Source of the DNA: Antedon mediterranea
Lineage: Eukaryota; Animalia; Echinodermata
Length of the DNA stretch: 64,000 bases
Direction of reading: 5' to 3'
Assembly: GCF_964355755.1 (NCBI RefSeq)
Contig: NC_092672.1
Span: forward strand, 17,683,237 to 17,747,236
Shown here: in pieces, positions 25,101-40,100 of the stretch
Layout of the letters: the number at the start of each line of letters is the position of its first letter
How positions within the stretch are numbered: the first letter of the stretch is position 1
Program-made: the position numbers and the translations under genes
The notes under the pieces: generated by a model
What the model saw: the letters and a program-made list of their open reading frames with translations, nothing else
Database searches by the model: none
Told to the model about the DNA's origin: nothing

Positions 25101-28100
25101 TAATGACCGCCATATCTCAGTAAATAGTTTTGGTGTCAAATTGTTCACAATATATATGTATTGTTACTATTTAGTTTAATGAAACATGTCCGGAAGTACG
25201 CAGTTTTGCCTTTGACCTTTTTGGTACAATTGCCACCTGCACAAAGGTTAATATTTTTTGATATCCATAAAACTACTTGTTATAGAGAGTTGATTTAGGT
25301 GTCAAAATGTTCAGAACATAAACATTTCTATTTACTATAATAAAGTTTTTTCTCAAATAATGACCAGAAATAGGATATTTGACCGTTGACCTGTTTTTTT
25401 TCACAGTTTTTACCATATCTCATTATTGGGTTGGCGTGGAAAGTTCATTTTGGTGTCAGATTGTTAGTATGTTACTATTCTTGTTAATAGAAGATTTTTC
25501 AGTACAGTTATTAACCTGTGACATATATAAAATTCTTATGTTCCGGTTTAACCCGTATATTTATATTATTTTGCAACCCACTCAATTAACAGATAATCTA
25601 AAACATTTGAGCACTTGTCGAAGACGGCTACTTGCATGTGGAACGAAGTTTACTGAATGAAGTTGAATATATTGTTTACCTCCGGCAAGGAGGTATATGT
25701 AATCAATTGTTTGTTCGTTTGTTTGTTAGCAGTTTGTTACTCAAAAAGTAATTACAAGATCTTTACCAAAATGAACATACAGATAGATATCCACAGAGAT
25801 TTCCACACCAACCCCAATAATGAGATATGGCAATTTGCCTTTTTTTTTTAAAGGGTTAAAGGTCAAATATGGTCATTATTTGAGAAAAAACTTAATTACT
25901 GTATAGTAAATTACTGTAGTAGCTAGATCAACTTTCGTATGCACTTTGAGGTCCAGAGAATTTGACTTCAGAAATTGGTTTAGGGTGGTCAAACAATCAT
26001 TTTTGGCTTGGTTACACATTTTGAAAATGTGGCGAAAGGTCAAAAGGTCAGGGTGAAAGGTCATAAGACCAAACAACAATATGTCCTTAAATCTCAACAA
26101 CCACTGGTCACAGCGAAGTAATTTTGGTTTCAAATTGATCAGAAGGTATACATTTATATTCAGTCTAATGGGACATTTTAGTTCAAAATGACCGGAAATG
26201 CCATTTCTGACCTTTGACCCACAACCCAGGGCATGTATTTATCTCCGTAACTACTGGTCGTAGACACTTGAATTTGGTTTTAAATTGTTCGAAATATATA
26301 TTTTGTTATTTGTTAAACATTTTGAAAAATGTTACAAAAGGTCAAAGGGTCAGGGTCAAGGGTTATATGAACAAATAAATAAAGGTACTTGTATCTCGGC
26401 AACCACTGGTCGCAGCAAGTCAATTTTGGTCTCAAAATGTTCAGAAGGCATGCATTTATATTCCGTCTAATGGGGAATTTTAGTAAAAAATGATCAGAAA
26501 TGCCATTTCTGACCTTTGACCCACATACCAGGGCATCTTCATATCTCTGTAAGTACTGGTCGTAGAAACTTAAATTTGGTATCAAATTGTTCGAAATATA
26601 CATATTTACATTCATTGTAATAGAAAATGTGGTTAAAAGATGAACAGAAAATACTATTACTAATGTTTCAAACAAAAAACATATCTCTACACAACTTATC
26701 CTTAGACAGTAATTTTATGCAATAACTGATAGTGATACCTTAAATTGTTTCAATTTTAAGTACTAGTTATTGCTGTCCACGAGAACATTTTGATATAAAC
26801 GTCAAGCTCAACAGTTTTTTTCAGAATGCTAGAAGTAACTTGCCATGTGTATCAAATTAAACGCCCCGGGCATTTCTTGTTCAAAAGGGTTTTTAGTGAG
26901 AGGGGAGGCATCTTTATTTGGGGTATAATATGGTATTAACATGTATAATCAAATAAATACCACCTAGATGTCAAAAAATACAGCACAATTAATATAAAAA
27001 AATGATAAAATTATGTCAAAATGCTTGGTAAATTGTAGATTATGGTAGTTAATGAAATGTTTTGTGATACAATTATTTTGTAAATGCATGTGGCGGAGCG
27101 TTTATTCCACATGATGTTCTATTAGAGGGAATGGTGGCGTTTATTTGAGGGAGGCTTTTATTCAAAGCGGGTGTTAATTCGAATAAATACTCGAGCTCAA
27201 CAGTTAAGAATGCTAGAAGTAACATACCATAGTTATCCGAATAAAAGGCCCGGGCATTTATTTATTCAGGGAAGGCGTTTATTTTGTTTGGGTGTAATAA
27301 TGGTAACATGTATAATAAAATAAATACACCCCAGATAAAAAAAAAATTAATTAATATAATAAGAATAATAACTGGATTAAACCTCATTCTATTCTGGTGC
27401 AAGTAAAATCATGTAATAAAAGGTATCAGAGACAACTATAATAGACCAATTCATTGTCATTATTCCGTAACACTGTTGCATAATATTTTTGAATGTTACC
27501 GACAAAACTTATACATAATATGTATAAGTTTTGTCTGTGTATATTATACACGTCTGTTCCCAGTGTAGATAATAAAACAATATATGTTTCTGGAGATTTA
27601 TTATCAATACCACTAGAAACTTTGACATGTTTTAGGTACTGAATGCATTGACAACTAGAAAGACACTGCGAGAGTGCCTACTGTAAAATTCTCCTACATC
27701 AGATTTCTCCGGTAAAAAAATATATATATATATTTGTGTGTGTCTTAATGCTGTTTGTGATTTACGCTAATTTCACTACAAGCATGTGTATGCGAGTTTG
27801 GTGTAATGGTTATGTAACAAGCCTTTCAATTAACAATAGCTTCAGTTGACTAACAATAGAACAGCAACGCGAAAATCAAATGAGTGAATTTGAAAAGAAA
27901 TAGGTTTTGTAAACTACTCACATCAAAAAACGTGCACATTAAATAAAATTATGTTTTAAAATTACAAATCACAAATTATAACTCTTGCCTCTTGTACAAA
28001 AAATGAAGTTTTTTGGACAAGTAGTTCTCGAGAAAATTCAATTTGAGTTTACTTGTTACTTTAAGACTGCTCGTCGGCTTTTGAAAAATTCTGTCCTATC

Positions 28101-31100
28101 TTTTTAACACTAGCAGGTCTGAAAAGTATACTAAAAAGTGGTCCAAAATTGAGACCGTGGTCCGAAATGGTCCCAAAATTTAATGGAATGGTACTTGACC
28201 ACATATCTATCTGTAGATTAATTTTGGTAAAGACCTTGTAATTACTTTTTGAGTAATCCTGCTAACAAACAAACAGACAATTTCACAAACAGACAGACAA
28301 ACTAGCCTTCTCGCATAGCGCGATACTTGGCCAAATCAAAATTGGCCTCCTAAACACACTTGACCTTGACCGATTTTAACCCGATCAAAGTTCAGTATAT
28401 GTCATAAACCTCCCATGTAACATAAAAATAGAGACATTATTTCTCTAGATTTAATTATAAATCAGCCGTATAATTTATATACTAAGAAATATACTTGAAC
28501 AAACAATACGAATAATAAAAAAAAAATCTGATTTCGATTCATTTCCCAAGGTGAGACTCGATCTCGGTAACTTAAATGCTGTAGACACCAGCACAGACCA
28601 CCGAGCCATACACAACTGACTGACATTTGAAGAAAGATTCCTATGTGTATTTACCATTGTGAGCGATAGAGTGATGACAAACACACACACAAACCGAACA
28701 ATAGAACAGCAACGCGAAAAACACACGGGTGAATTTGAAAAGAAATAGGTTTTTTAAACTATTCGCATTAAAAAACCTGTAAATTAAATCTAATTAAGTT
28801 TTAAAATTACAAATCACAAATTATAACTCTTGCCTCTTGTACAAAACTGAAGTTTTTTGGACAAGTAGTTCTCGAGAAAATGCAATTTTAGTTTACTTGT
28901 TAATTTAAGACTGCTCACTGGCTTTTGATAATTCTGTCCTATCTTTTAACACTAGCAGGTCTGAAAATTATTTTTAAAAGTGGTCCAGAATTGGAACCGT
29001 GGTCCGGATTTTAACCAAAAATGGGCGGTGTCATCCTTGCACCATGTGACATGTATGGTAGTAATTTGGAGTCATTCGAATCAAAACTGTGAGCGCTAGA
29101 GTGATGACAAACAAACAAACAAACAAACCAACAAACAAAGAAACAAACAAACTAGCCTTCGCGCATAGCGCGATACTTGGCCAAATCAAAATTGGCCTCC
29201 TAAATAAAACTTGACCGTGACCGATTTTAACCCGATCCAAGTTCAGTATATGTCATAAACCTCCCTTGTAACATAAAAATAGTGACATCATTTCTCTAGA
29301 TTTAATTATAAATCAGCCGTATAATTTATATACTAAGAAATATACTTGAACAAACAATAAAAAAAAATCTGATTTCGTTTCATTTCCCAAAGTGAGACTC
29401 GATCTCGGTAACTTAAATGCTGTAGACACCAGCACAGACCACCGAGCCATACACAACTGACTAACATTTGAAGAAAGATTCCTATGTGTATTTACCATTG
29501 TGAGCGATAGAGCGATGACAAACACAAACACAAACCGAACCGAACAATAGAACAGCACGCGGAAAAAACACACGGGTGAATTTGAAAAGAAATAGGTTTT
29601 TAAAACTATTCGCATCAAAAAACCTGTACATTAAATCTAATTATGTTTTAAAATTACAAATCACAAATCATAACACTTGCCTCTTGTACAAAAATGAAAT
29701 TTTTTGGACAAGTAGTTCTCGAGAAAATGCAATTTTAGTTTACTTGTTAATTTAAGACTGCTCACCGGATTTTGATAATTCTGTCCAATCTTTTAACACT
29801 AGCAGGTCTGAACATAATTTTTAAAAGTGGTCCAGAATTGGGACCGTGGTCCAGATTTTAACCAAAACTGGGCAGTGTCGTCCTTGCACCAGGTGACATG
29901 TATGGTAGAAATTTGGAGTCATTCGAACCAAAACTGTGAGCGCTAGAGTGATGACAAACAAACAAACAAACAAACAAACAAACTAGCCGTCGCGCATAGC
30001 GCGATACTTGGCCAAATCAAAATTGGCCTCCTGACATTGACTAAATTTTCACCAAAAGTGTGTGTCTTATGCTGTTTGATTTAGGCTAATTTCACTACAA
30101 TCATGTGTATACGAGTTTGGTGCACAGGTTATGTAAACCAGCCTTTCAACGAACAATAGCTTCAGTCGGCTAACAATAGAACAGCAACGCGAAAAACACA
30201 CGGGTGAATTTGAAAAGAAATAGGTTTTGTAAACTACTCGCATCAAAAAACCTGTATATTAAATCAAATTGTGTTTTAAAATTACAAATCAAATATTATA
30301 ACTCTTGCCTCTTGTACAAAAATGGAGTTTTTTGGAGAAGTAGTTCTCGAGAAAATGCAATTTAAGTTTACTTGTTAATTTAAGACTGCTCACCTTTTGA
30401 TAATTCTGTCCTATCTTTTAACACTAGCAGGTCTGAAAATTATTTTTAAAAGTGGTCCAGAATTGGGACCGTGGTCCGGATTTTAACCGAAATTGTGCAG
30501 TGTCGTCCTTGCACCAGGTGACATGTATGGTAGTAATTTGGAGTCATTCGAATCAAAATTGTGAGCGCTAGAGTGATGACAAACAAACAAACACACACAC
30601 ACACACACACAAACCGCACCAATCAACATACTTGGCCAATTTTCAATTTGGCCAAGTAACAAACAAACTAGCCTTCGCGCATAGCGCGATACTTGGCCAA
30701 ATCAAAATTGGCCTCCTAAACAAACTTGACCTTGACCGATTTTAACCCGATCAAAGTTCAGTATATGTCATAAACCTCCCATGTAACATGAAAATAGAGA
30801 CATAATTTCTCTAGATTTAATTATAAATCAGCCGTATAATTTATATACTAAGAAATATACTTGAACAAACAATAAAAAAAAATCTGATTTCGTTTCATTT
30901 CCCAAGGTGAGACTCGATCTCGGTAACTTAAATGCTGTAGACACCAGCACAGACCACCGAGCCATACACAACTGACTAACATTTGAAGAAAGATTCCTAT
31001 GTGTATTTACCATTGTGAGCGATAGAGCGATGACAAACACACACACAAACCGAACCGAACAATAGAACAGCACGCGGAAAAAACACACGGGTGAATTTGA

Positions 31101-34100
31101 AAAGAAATAGGTTTTTAAAACTATTCGCATCAAAAAACCTGTACATTAAATCTAATTATGTTTTAAAATTACAAATCACAAATTATAACACTTGCCTCTT
31201 GTACAAAAATGAAGTTTTTTGGACAAGTAGTTCTCGAGAAAATGCAATTTTAGTTTCCTTGTTAATTTAAGACTGCTCACCGGATTTTGATAATTCTGTC
31301 CAATCTTTTAACACTAGCAGGTCTGAACATAATTTTTAAAAGTGGTCCAGAATTGGGACCGTGGTCCAGATTTTAACCAAAATTGGGCAGTGTCGTCCTT
31401 GCACCAGGTGACATGTATGGTAGTAATTTGGAGTCATTCGAATCAAAACTGTGAGCGCTAGAGTGATGACAAACAAACAAACAAACAAACGAACTAGCCT
31501 TCGCGCATAGCGCGATACTTGGCCAAATCAAAATTGGCCTCCTGACATTGACCCAATTTGCACCAAAAGTGTGTGTCTTATGCTGTGTGATTTAGGCTAA
31601 TTTCACTACTATCATGTGTATACGAGTTTGGTGTACAGGTTATGTAACCAGCCTTTCAACGAACAATAGCTTCAGTCGGCTAACAATAGAACAGCAACGC
31701 GAAAAAAACACTGGTGAATTTGAAAAGAAATAGGTTTTTGTAAACTACTCGCATCAAAAAACCTGTATATTAAATCAATTTATGTTTTAAAATTACAAAT
31801 CACAAATTATAACTCTTGCCTCTTGTACAAAAATGAAGTTTTTTGGACAAGTAGTTCTCGAGAAAATGCAATTTACGTTTACTTGTTAATTTAAGACTGC
31901 TCACCGGCTTTTGATAATTCTGTCCTATCTTTAAACACTAGCAGGTCTGAAAATAATTTTTAAAAGTGGTCCAGAATTGGAACCGTGGTCCGGATTTTAA
32001 CCAAAATTGGGCAGTGTCGTCCTTGCACCAGGTGACATGTATGGTAGTAATTTGGAGTCATTCGAATCAAAATTGTGAGCGCTAGAGTGATGACAAACAA
32101 ACAAACACACACACACACAAACCGCACCAATCAACATACTTGGCCAATTTTCAATTTGGCCAAGTAACAAACACACACACAAACCAAACAGATCAACATA
32201 CTTGGCCAATTTTCAATTTGGCCAAGTAACAAACACACACACAAACCAAACAGATCAACATACTTGGCCAATTTTCAATTTGGCCAAGTAACAAACATAT
32301 ACCTCCTTGGCGGAGGTAAATAAAAGCATCAGAAGTTATCATGATAAAACCATACTACAACACTGTACTACACAAGGGTATTTTCAGGAAAGCTGGACAT
32401 ATTGTACAATAGTAATGAAACTATGTATTGGCATTTAAAAATATGCAAAAGATTGTTGTCAAATTGTAGTCACAAACAAACAGATGATAGAATGAAGATC
32501 CATTATGAGTGCAATCGTGTCAGGATAATGATTTGTCATTGTTTTATATCATTATACTGCACCTGGAGGAGAAGATCCATTTAATGTTATCTATGACAGT
32601 GTCACTTTTATTCTAAAAGACAGAAACATTTCGTTAAAAAGCATAAAAAAGAAAACGAATCATGTAAAGTACCTCTTATCAGTTGAGAAACGAATTATAA
32701 TTATTAAAATTAGAGTATTTATTCGAATTAACACCTGCTTTGAATAAAAGCCTCCCTCAAATAAACGCCACTATTCCCTCCATGTGGAATACGCCCGCCA
32801 CATGCATTTACACAATAATTGTATCACAACACATTACATTAACTACCATAATCTACAATTTACCAAGCATTTTTTTCACTTTTTGATATTAATTGTGCTG
32901 TATTTTTTTTACATCTAGGTGGTATTTATTTGATTATACATATTACCATACCCCAAATAAAGATGCCTCCCCTCCCCCTAAAAACCCTTTTGAACAATAA
33001 ATGCCCGGTTAATCGCACACACATGGCAAGTTACTTCTAGCATTCTGAAAAGAACTGTTGAGCTTGACGTTTCTATCAAAATGTTCTTGGGGACAGCAAT
33101 AACTAGTACTTGAAATTGAAACAATTTAAAGTATCAGTTATTGCATAACATTACTGTCTAAGGATAAGTTATGTAGATATGTTTTTTGTTTGAAACATTA
33201 GTAATAGTATTTCTGTTCATCTTTTAACCACATTTTCTATTACAGTGAATGTAAATATGTATATTTCGAACAATTTGATACCAAATTTAAGTTTCTACGA
33301 CCAGTACTTACAGAGATATGAAGATGCCATGATATGTGGGTCAAAGGTCAGAAATGGCATTTCTGATAATTTTTGACTAAAATGTCCCATTAGATTGAAT
33401 ATGAAAGCATGCCTTCTGAACATTTTGAGACTAAAATCGACTTGCTGCGACGAGTGGTTGCCGAGATAGAAGTATCTATTTATATTTGTTCATATAACCC
33501 TTGACCCTGACCATTTGACCTTTTGTAACATTTTTAAAAATGTGCAAAAAATAACAAAATGTTTATTTCAAACAATGTAAGACCAAATTCAAGTGTCTAC
33601 GATCAGTAGTTACGGAGATACATACATGCCCTGGGGTGTGGGTCAAAGGTCAGAAATGGCATTTCCGGTCATTTTTGACTAAAATGTTCCATTAGACTGA
33701 ATATAAATGTATACCTTCTGATCAATTTGAGACCAAAATTACCTCGCTGTGACCAGTGGTTGTCGAGATTTAAGGACCTATTGGTGTTTAGTTTGATAAC
33801 CTTTCACCCTGACCTTTTGACCTTTCGCCACATTTTCAAAATGTGTAACCAAGCCAAAAATGATTGTTTGACCATCCTAAACCAATTTCTGAAGTCAAAT
33901 TTTCTGGACCTCAAAGTGCATACGAAAGTTGATCTAGCTACTAGAGTAAATAGAAATGTTCTGAACATTTTGACACCTAAATCAACTTTCTATGACAAGT
34001 AGTTTTATCATATGGATATCAATAGATATTAACCTTTATGCAGTTGGCAATTGTACGCGTACTTCCGGACATTTTTAGATGAAATGTTTCATTAAACTAA

Positions 34101-37100
34101 ATAGTAACATATATATTGCGAATAATTTTACACCAAAATAAACTGTCTGTGACAACTATTTACGGAGATATGGCAATGCCTTAAAATATGGGTCAAAGGT
34201 AAAAAATACTTCATTGGAGTAAATAGAAATGTTAGTCCGGGAGCCCATGAAGATTTGTTTAGCATTGCGAGTACAAAAGGTCTGAGGCATAGAATATGTC
34301 AAGTAGGGTCCAGGGACCATCAAACGGCCGTTCTTATAAGTTCCCGCCCCTGTACCAACTCTAGGGAGGGGCGCTCAAAATACCCCAAAATTTGATTTAA
34401 TTAGCATAATCGAGTACATAAATGAAACCAATGTTAAAATGTTTATTTCTAGGGTCTAATTGAAGATCCGTCATTCTTAAGTGTCAGCTCCTGTACCTAG
34501 TCCACTTAAGAAAGCCACTAATTAGCATTTTAATTAGCATGGTCGAGTACATCGATGAAACCTTGGGCAATACAATAAGTACATTTACCCAACTGAGAAA
34601 ACGTAATTCTTAAGTGCCAAATCCTGTACCATGACCCCTTAAGAAAGGGTCAAAGGTCAATATATGTCTCACCTATACTTAATTAACATAATGAGTACAC
34701 CTGTAAAACCAATGCAAAAATGTTTATTTTTAGAGTCTAATTGAAGATCCGTCATTAAGTGTCAACTCCTGTACCTAGTCCACTTAAGAAAGCTATTAAT
34801 TAGCGCTAATTAACATTTTAATTAGCACAATCGAGTACATCAATAGAACCTTCGGCAATACAATAAGTACATTTGCCCAACCAAGAAAACGTAATTCTTA
34901 AGTGCCAAATCCTGTACCATGACCCCTTAAGAAAGGGTCAAAGGTCCGTTTCTGAACAAACACTTGATTATGCATACTGAAGAAAATTATAAAATATTTA
35001 TTTTTAGTATCTTCCTTAAATGGCAACTTCTGTCAATTAATTTCAGAAAGCTGGTAATTAGCATATTAATTAGCATGACTATATATGCTATAAACTTATA
35101 TATACTAATATAGACTTATTTAGCATTAACGCCATATAAGGATAAAGATTCTAAGTTATGCTTTTAAAAGACGTAGATAGAGACCTTTGCATTTTGAAAA
35201 TGTTTATTAAAATTAGTAGTATTCTGTTAAGATTTAAGTAAACATAAAATAAAAAAAAATATTAAATTCCAGTACGTATCAATTCTGGCAAAAGAAATGA
35301 CAATATGATAATTATGTCTAAATAGTGTCAAATTATAAATTGTAGTAAAAGTTTAATACTACAAATCACATGCAAACTAATCAGAAGAGACTGCATTGTC
35401 AACGCCGTTATCATTCATCACATTTTCTCCTGGTCTGGCATCTGGGTTCCTTCATGTCATATCCACTTTCCAGATCCCAGCCGTTTGATATATGGGTGTT
35501 CACAAACATCAGCATTTTCACACATTGGTGTAACAAAAATAGCTCGATTCTGCCTCACACAGTGGAATGGAACTGCTATTTATTGTTTTCAGCTTTTCCA
35601 ATGGATTGTTTGATGATGATTTTGGTCTTTAAGATTTTTTAAAGATCTTCTATCTATGTTTGTTTAGTGTCAACTTGGTTTTTTTCTTTTTGGATCTTTA
35701 TAATGATAGCGATATTTTATGAATCTTCTGATTATTTTGACTTTGTACATATTTTTAATTAGCTCTTCAAAAACTTGTTGGGTCTGGCCTTTCCTTTACG
35801 AAGAAATGAACTGGGATAGTCACACCCGTAAAAGGCATGTAATCATGGTAGCGCGACACACACATCTGATGTCAAAGTAACTCGTACATTGGTGTTGCTG
35901 ATGTATCTAAAGTTTTTCTTCCAACATCTAACCATGCTGATACATTAGGATGACTGCAATATCAGTACCTGATGCCTCGTTTCACTTTTTACATTGCTGA
36001 TGTTCACCGCGCTCCTTAAAATTAATTTTTCGTTACGTGGATGCATAAAAACATTCAAACTCTTTTGACACCTTTAATACTAATTATACTGTAATAATGT
36101 TATCTCCTTGTCCCACTACTTTGTTCCTAACAAACTCTCCCTCAACCCAACCATAACATCTTATTTGGAGTTATAATAATGATGTGTCCATACTTAAAAC
36201 TTTATTGAAAACCATGAAATCCCCTCAGTTAAATCTATTACATTCCATTGGGTTATCATTAATAACAGCCTCTCATCATGGAAACTCTCTAAGAAAATGA
36301 GAAAAAAGTGTCTTGGAATCATATCTAAGTTATCTTCCTTCCTCCCCTCTAGTATTCTCAAAACCTATTATCCTTAACTCATCCTTTCTTATTCGAGCTA
36401 TCGTAATATTGTCTTGGCCAACCCAACAAACATCCGTAATTTCATATTCTGCAAAAATGCTTCTAATTATCTATCTGGTGCCCATCCACTGTCACATTAC
36501 TCCCATTTATTTTTCCTTCCTTTACTTCTTAAACTCAAATGATCACGGACATTAATTCTTTTACCAGCAAGGACAAGGTGTATCTTTTTGCTACTAATAA
36601 CACCATTCAATCCTGCCACAAGATCTTCATCTTTTTGGGATTCCGTCTTCGTCCATTAATATTTTACATTATTATTATTAGTGGTTTTCTTAATAAGCGG
36701 AATAGGTAGGCATACAGGTGATGGATCTTCAGTTGTCTCTAAATATAAACATTTTAGAATTGGTTTCACATTGTGTTCTCACGGTCTAGCCATTTTGCCA
36801 CCCGGCAAATTGGCACCGGCAAATTGGCACCCGGCACATTGCCACCCGGCCCTTTGCCGCCAGGCCTTTTACCACTTGTCATTTAGCCACCCAGTCCTTT
36901 GCTACCCGGCCGCATGTGGCATATTGCCACCTTAGGCCTTTTGACACCTGGGCCCTGCCACCTGGCCAATTGCCACTACTGGCCATTTGTACTACCAAAC
37001 TTGGCACGCACATTTCTTCCACCAAATCAATCTCTTGTGGGGTACCACAGGGAACCAAACTGGGACCCATACTATTTTTCGTTCTAGTAAATGATGCTGC

Positions 37101-40100
37101 CATTGAAAGTTGTAGGCGTTGGAAATTTGTGGATGACCTGACTCTAGGAGAAGTAACCAAATGTGGTGCTTCCTCTAACTTACAAAGTGTCCTTAATAGT
37201 GTCAGTGAGTGGTGTGCATCTAATGATGTTCTACCTAAACCAGCTAAATGCCAAGTAATTGAATTTAACTTTTTAAAGCAAAGGCAGCTTAATTTAGTAT
37301 ACACTATTGATAATGTTAATCTTCCAATAGTTGGTAAGTTAAAACTGCTAGGTGTAATAATCTAAAATGACCTCAAATGGGGTTCAAATGTTAATGATAT
37401 AACATCAAGAGCCTCGCGTAGACTATTCTCACTATGTATCCTGAAAAGGTCTAGTGCACCAGTCAGTGACCTGGTTGCAGTATTTACATCATATATCAGA
37501 CCTGTGCTGGAATATGCCTGCCAGGTTTGGCATTCATCATTAACTGTTCAGCAATCTAATTTAATAGAAAAAATTAAAAAACGGGCATTGCGCATAATTT
37601 TGAGCCCACATTATGTTAGCTATAAATTAGCCTTAGAGCAAGTGGGTTTGCCTTCTTTCATTTCATTTCATTCATTTTATTCATCAAAAAAACATAAAAA
37701 TCATAAAACATGTCAAAGATAAAATGCATAAAAGATGAAAAGGATCAACAACAAAAGCTAAAAGCTTGTACAAGGTTGAAGACCTAAAAAAACTAACAGC
37801 TAAAACTATAAAAGGATATATACAATATATTAACATATAAAAATAAAATAACAATGACAATGACATCGGCAGAAATTAAGATTTGTACTTATTAATTAGA
37901 TTCAACTTATACAATTTTTTAAAAACATTGATGGATTTTGCATTTTTAAAAGTCATATCTAAGTTGTTCCAGACATGAGGACCCGAAACAGCAATACTAT
38001 GACTTGTAGAAACTAGTCTTCGAAGAGGAGGTCGAAGTTTACATTTTCCTCTAGTATTGTACTTATGACCATTACCATCAGTAAAATTTTTAAGGTTTAA
38101 AAATCGTAAATCAGGATTATTCAATATTCGGAACATAAAAATGCCAATTTGGTAATTATGAATATCGTCAATTTTTAATACATTATGTATGTGGAAGAGA
38201 GGACTTGTTGGTGCACGATAATCAGACCAAGTTATAGCTCGTATCGCTTTTTTCTGGAGTTTAACAAGTTTATCAGTATAAGAAGCATATGAATTAAACC
38301 AAATAATGTTACAATAGCTGATAAGAGGTTGCATAAGTGACTTATAGATTGAAAGGAGTGCACTTAAAGGAAGGTAGTGACGAATTTTGAAAAGTAAACT
38401 AACATATTTAGATATTTTTGAAGTAGTGAGATCAATATGAGTTTTAAAATTAACAAATTTGTCAACAAAGACTCCTAAAAACTTATAGTAATTTGTTTGG
38501 GATATAGATTTATCAGCAATTTTAATGGATATATTATTAACATTAATTTTACTTCTTTTAGTTCTAAAAATTATATATCTAGTCTTATCACAGTTAAGAG
38601 AAAGTTTATTCACCTAAGCCATTTATAAATTTTAATAAGTTCAGAATTAACAATATCAATAAGGGTATTCAAATTGGGGTTTGATAAGAACAGATTTGTA
38701 TCGTCAGCGAATAAAGTCATGTTGAAAATATTTGAAGAAATAAAAATATCATTTATATATATGATAAATAATAATGGCCCAAGAATACTTCCTTGGGGTA
38801 TTCCATAATTATTAGTTGTGTGTTCAGAAGAAATTCCGTTAATGACTGTATATTGCCTTCTTCCATATATATAGTTTTTAAACCAAGATAGTGCAGACCC
38901 CCTAATACCATAGTATTCAAGTTTCCATAATAAAATCGAATGGTCAATCGTGTCGAAAGCCTTACTCAGGTCAATAAATATTCCAATAGCAGTATCTCCT
39001 CTATCTAAGGCAGCTTGTACTTTTTCAATAAGATTAAGTATAGCCATAAAGGTTGAACTGTTTTTAAGAAACCAATATTGTTCTTTGTGGATGATTGCAA
39101 ATTTATCTAAAAAGGAATACAAACGGTTATAAACAATACGCTCTAAGATTTTTGATAGAGCAGGTAAAATGGATATTGGACGATAATTATTAAACATGTT
39201 TTTATCACCAGACTTAAATAGAGGAAATATCCTTGCTATTTTGCTTAGCTCAGGTACAACACCACTTTCAAGTGATAAATTAAAGATGTATGATAAAGGT
39301 GACACTACATATGGAATAATATATTTAAGTAATTTACTGCTAATTTCATCAATGTATATCATAGGCTTTTGTCCTCATGAAATCAGTAACGAAATTGTAT
39401 ACATTTATTTGGATAAAATACAAACTAAGTCGTAAACAAGGTGGTCTACTTTAACAATTATCGGAAAACTTTAAACATCTGGGTCTATACCATAGAAAAG
39501 CAATTATTAATTAAAATGATTTACACATTTTAATCTTTCGTTCATTTTAATTTAATTGCAGGCCTAATTAAGAAGGGCAAATAACACTCTCAGATCAGGA
39601 GGCAAAAGGCCGGGTGGCAAAAGCCCGAGTGGCAAAAGCCCGAGTGGCAAAATGGACTGGGTGGAAATGGGCCGGTGTCGAAATACCGTGTGGCGAAAGG
39701 CTGGCAAAAGGCCAGGTGGCAACCGGCCGGAACCTATATGTACTACTTACTATGCTAATTAAAGTTCAGGTGGGACATACATTGACCTATGACCCTTTCT
39801 TAAGGGATCATGGTACAGGATTTGGCACTTTACGTTTTCTCAGTTGGTTAAACTTACTTATTGTACTTTCCAAGGTTTCATTGATGTACTTGATCATGCT
39901 ACTTTTATTGACCACTAATTAATTACTTTCTTAGGCAGATTAGGTACAGAGGAGTTGATACTTAAGAATGATAGATCTTCAATTAAACTCTAAAAATAAA
40001 CATTTTAGCATTGGTTTCACATGTGTACTCATTATTTGAATTAAGTCCGGATGGGACATACATTTGACCATTTCTTAAGGGGTCATGGTACAGGATTTGG

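Noticed and set aside
28475-31133. Three near-identical ~100-aa minus-strand ORFs resembling a tandem gene family
   Set aside because: They lie in the units of the HINE internal array, with no recognisable domain or splice structure.
32563-32612. Possible 50-nt cassette exon of ALG3 in the foldback spacer (TCTTTTAG...CAG/GTGCAG)
   Set aside because: The donor is weak, inclusion gives an immediate in-frame stop, and exons 6 and 7 already join correctly.
25876-34002. Mirror-image 85/91-aa ORFs as inverted paralogues
   Set aside because: They result from the non-coding inverted repeat arms and resemble no protein I recognise.
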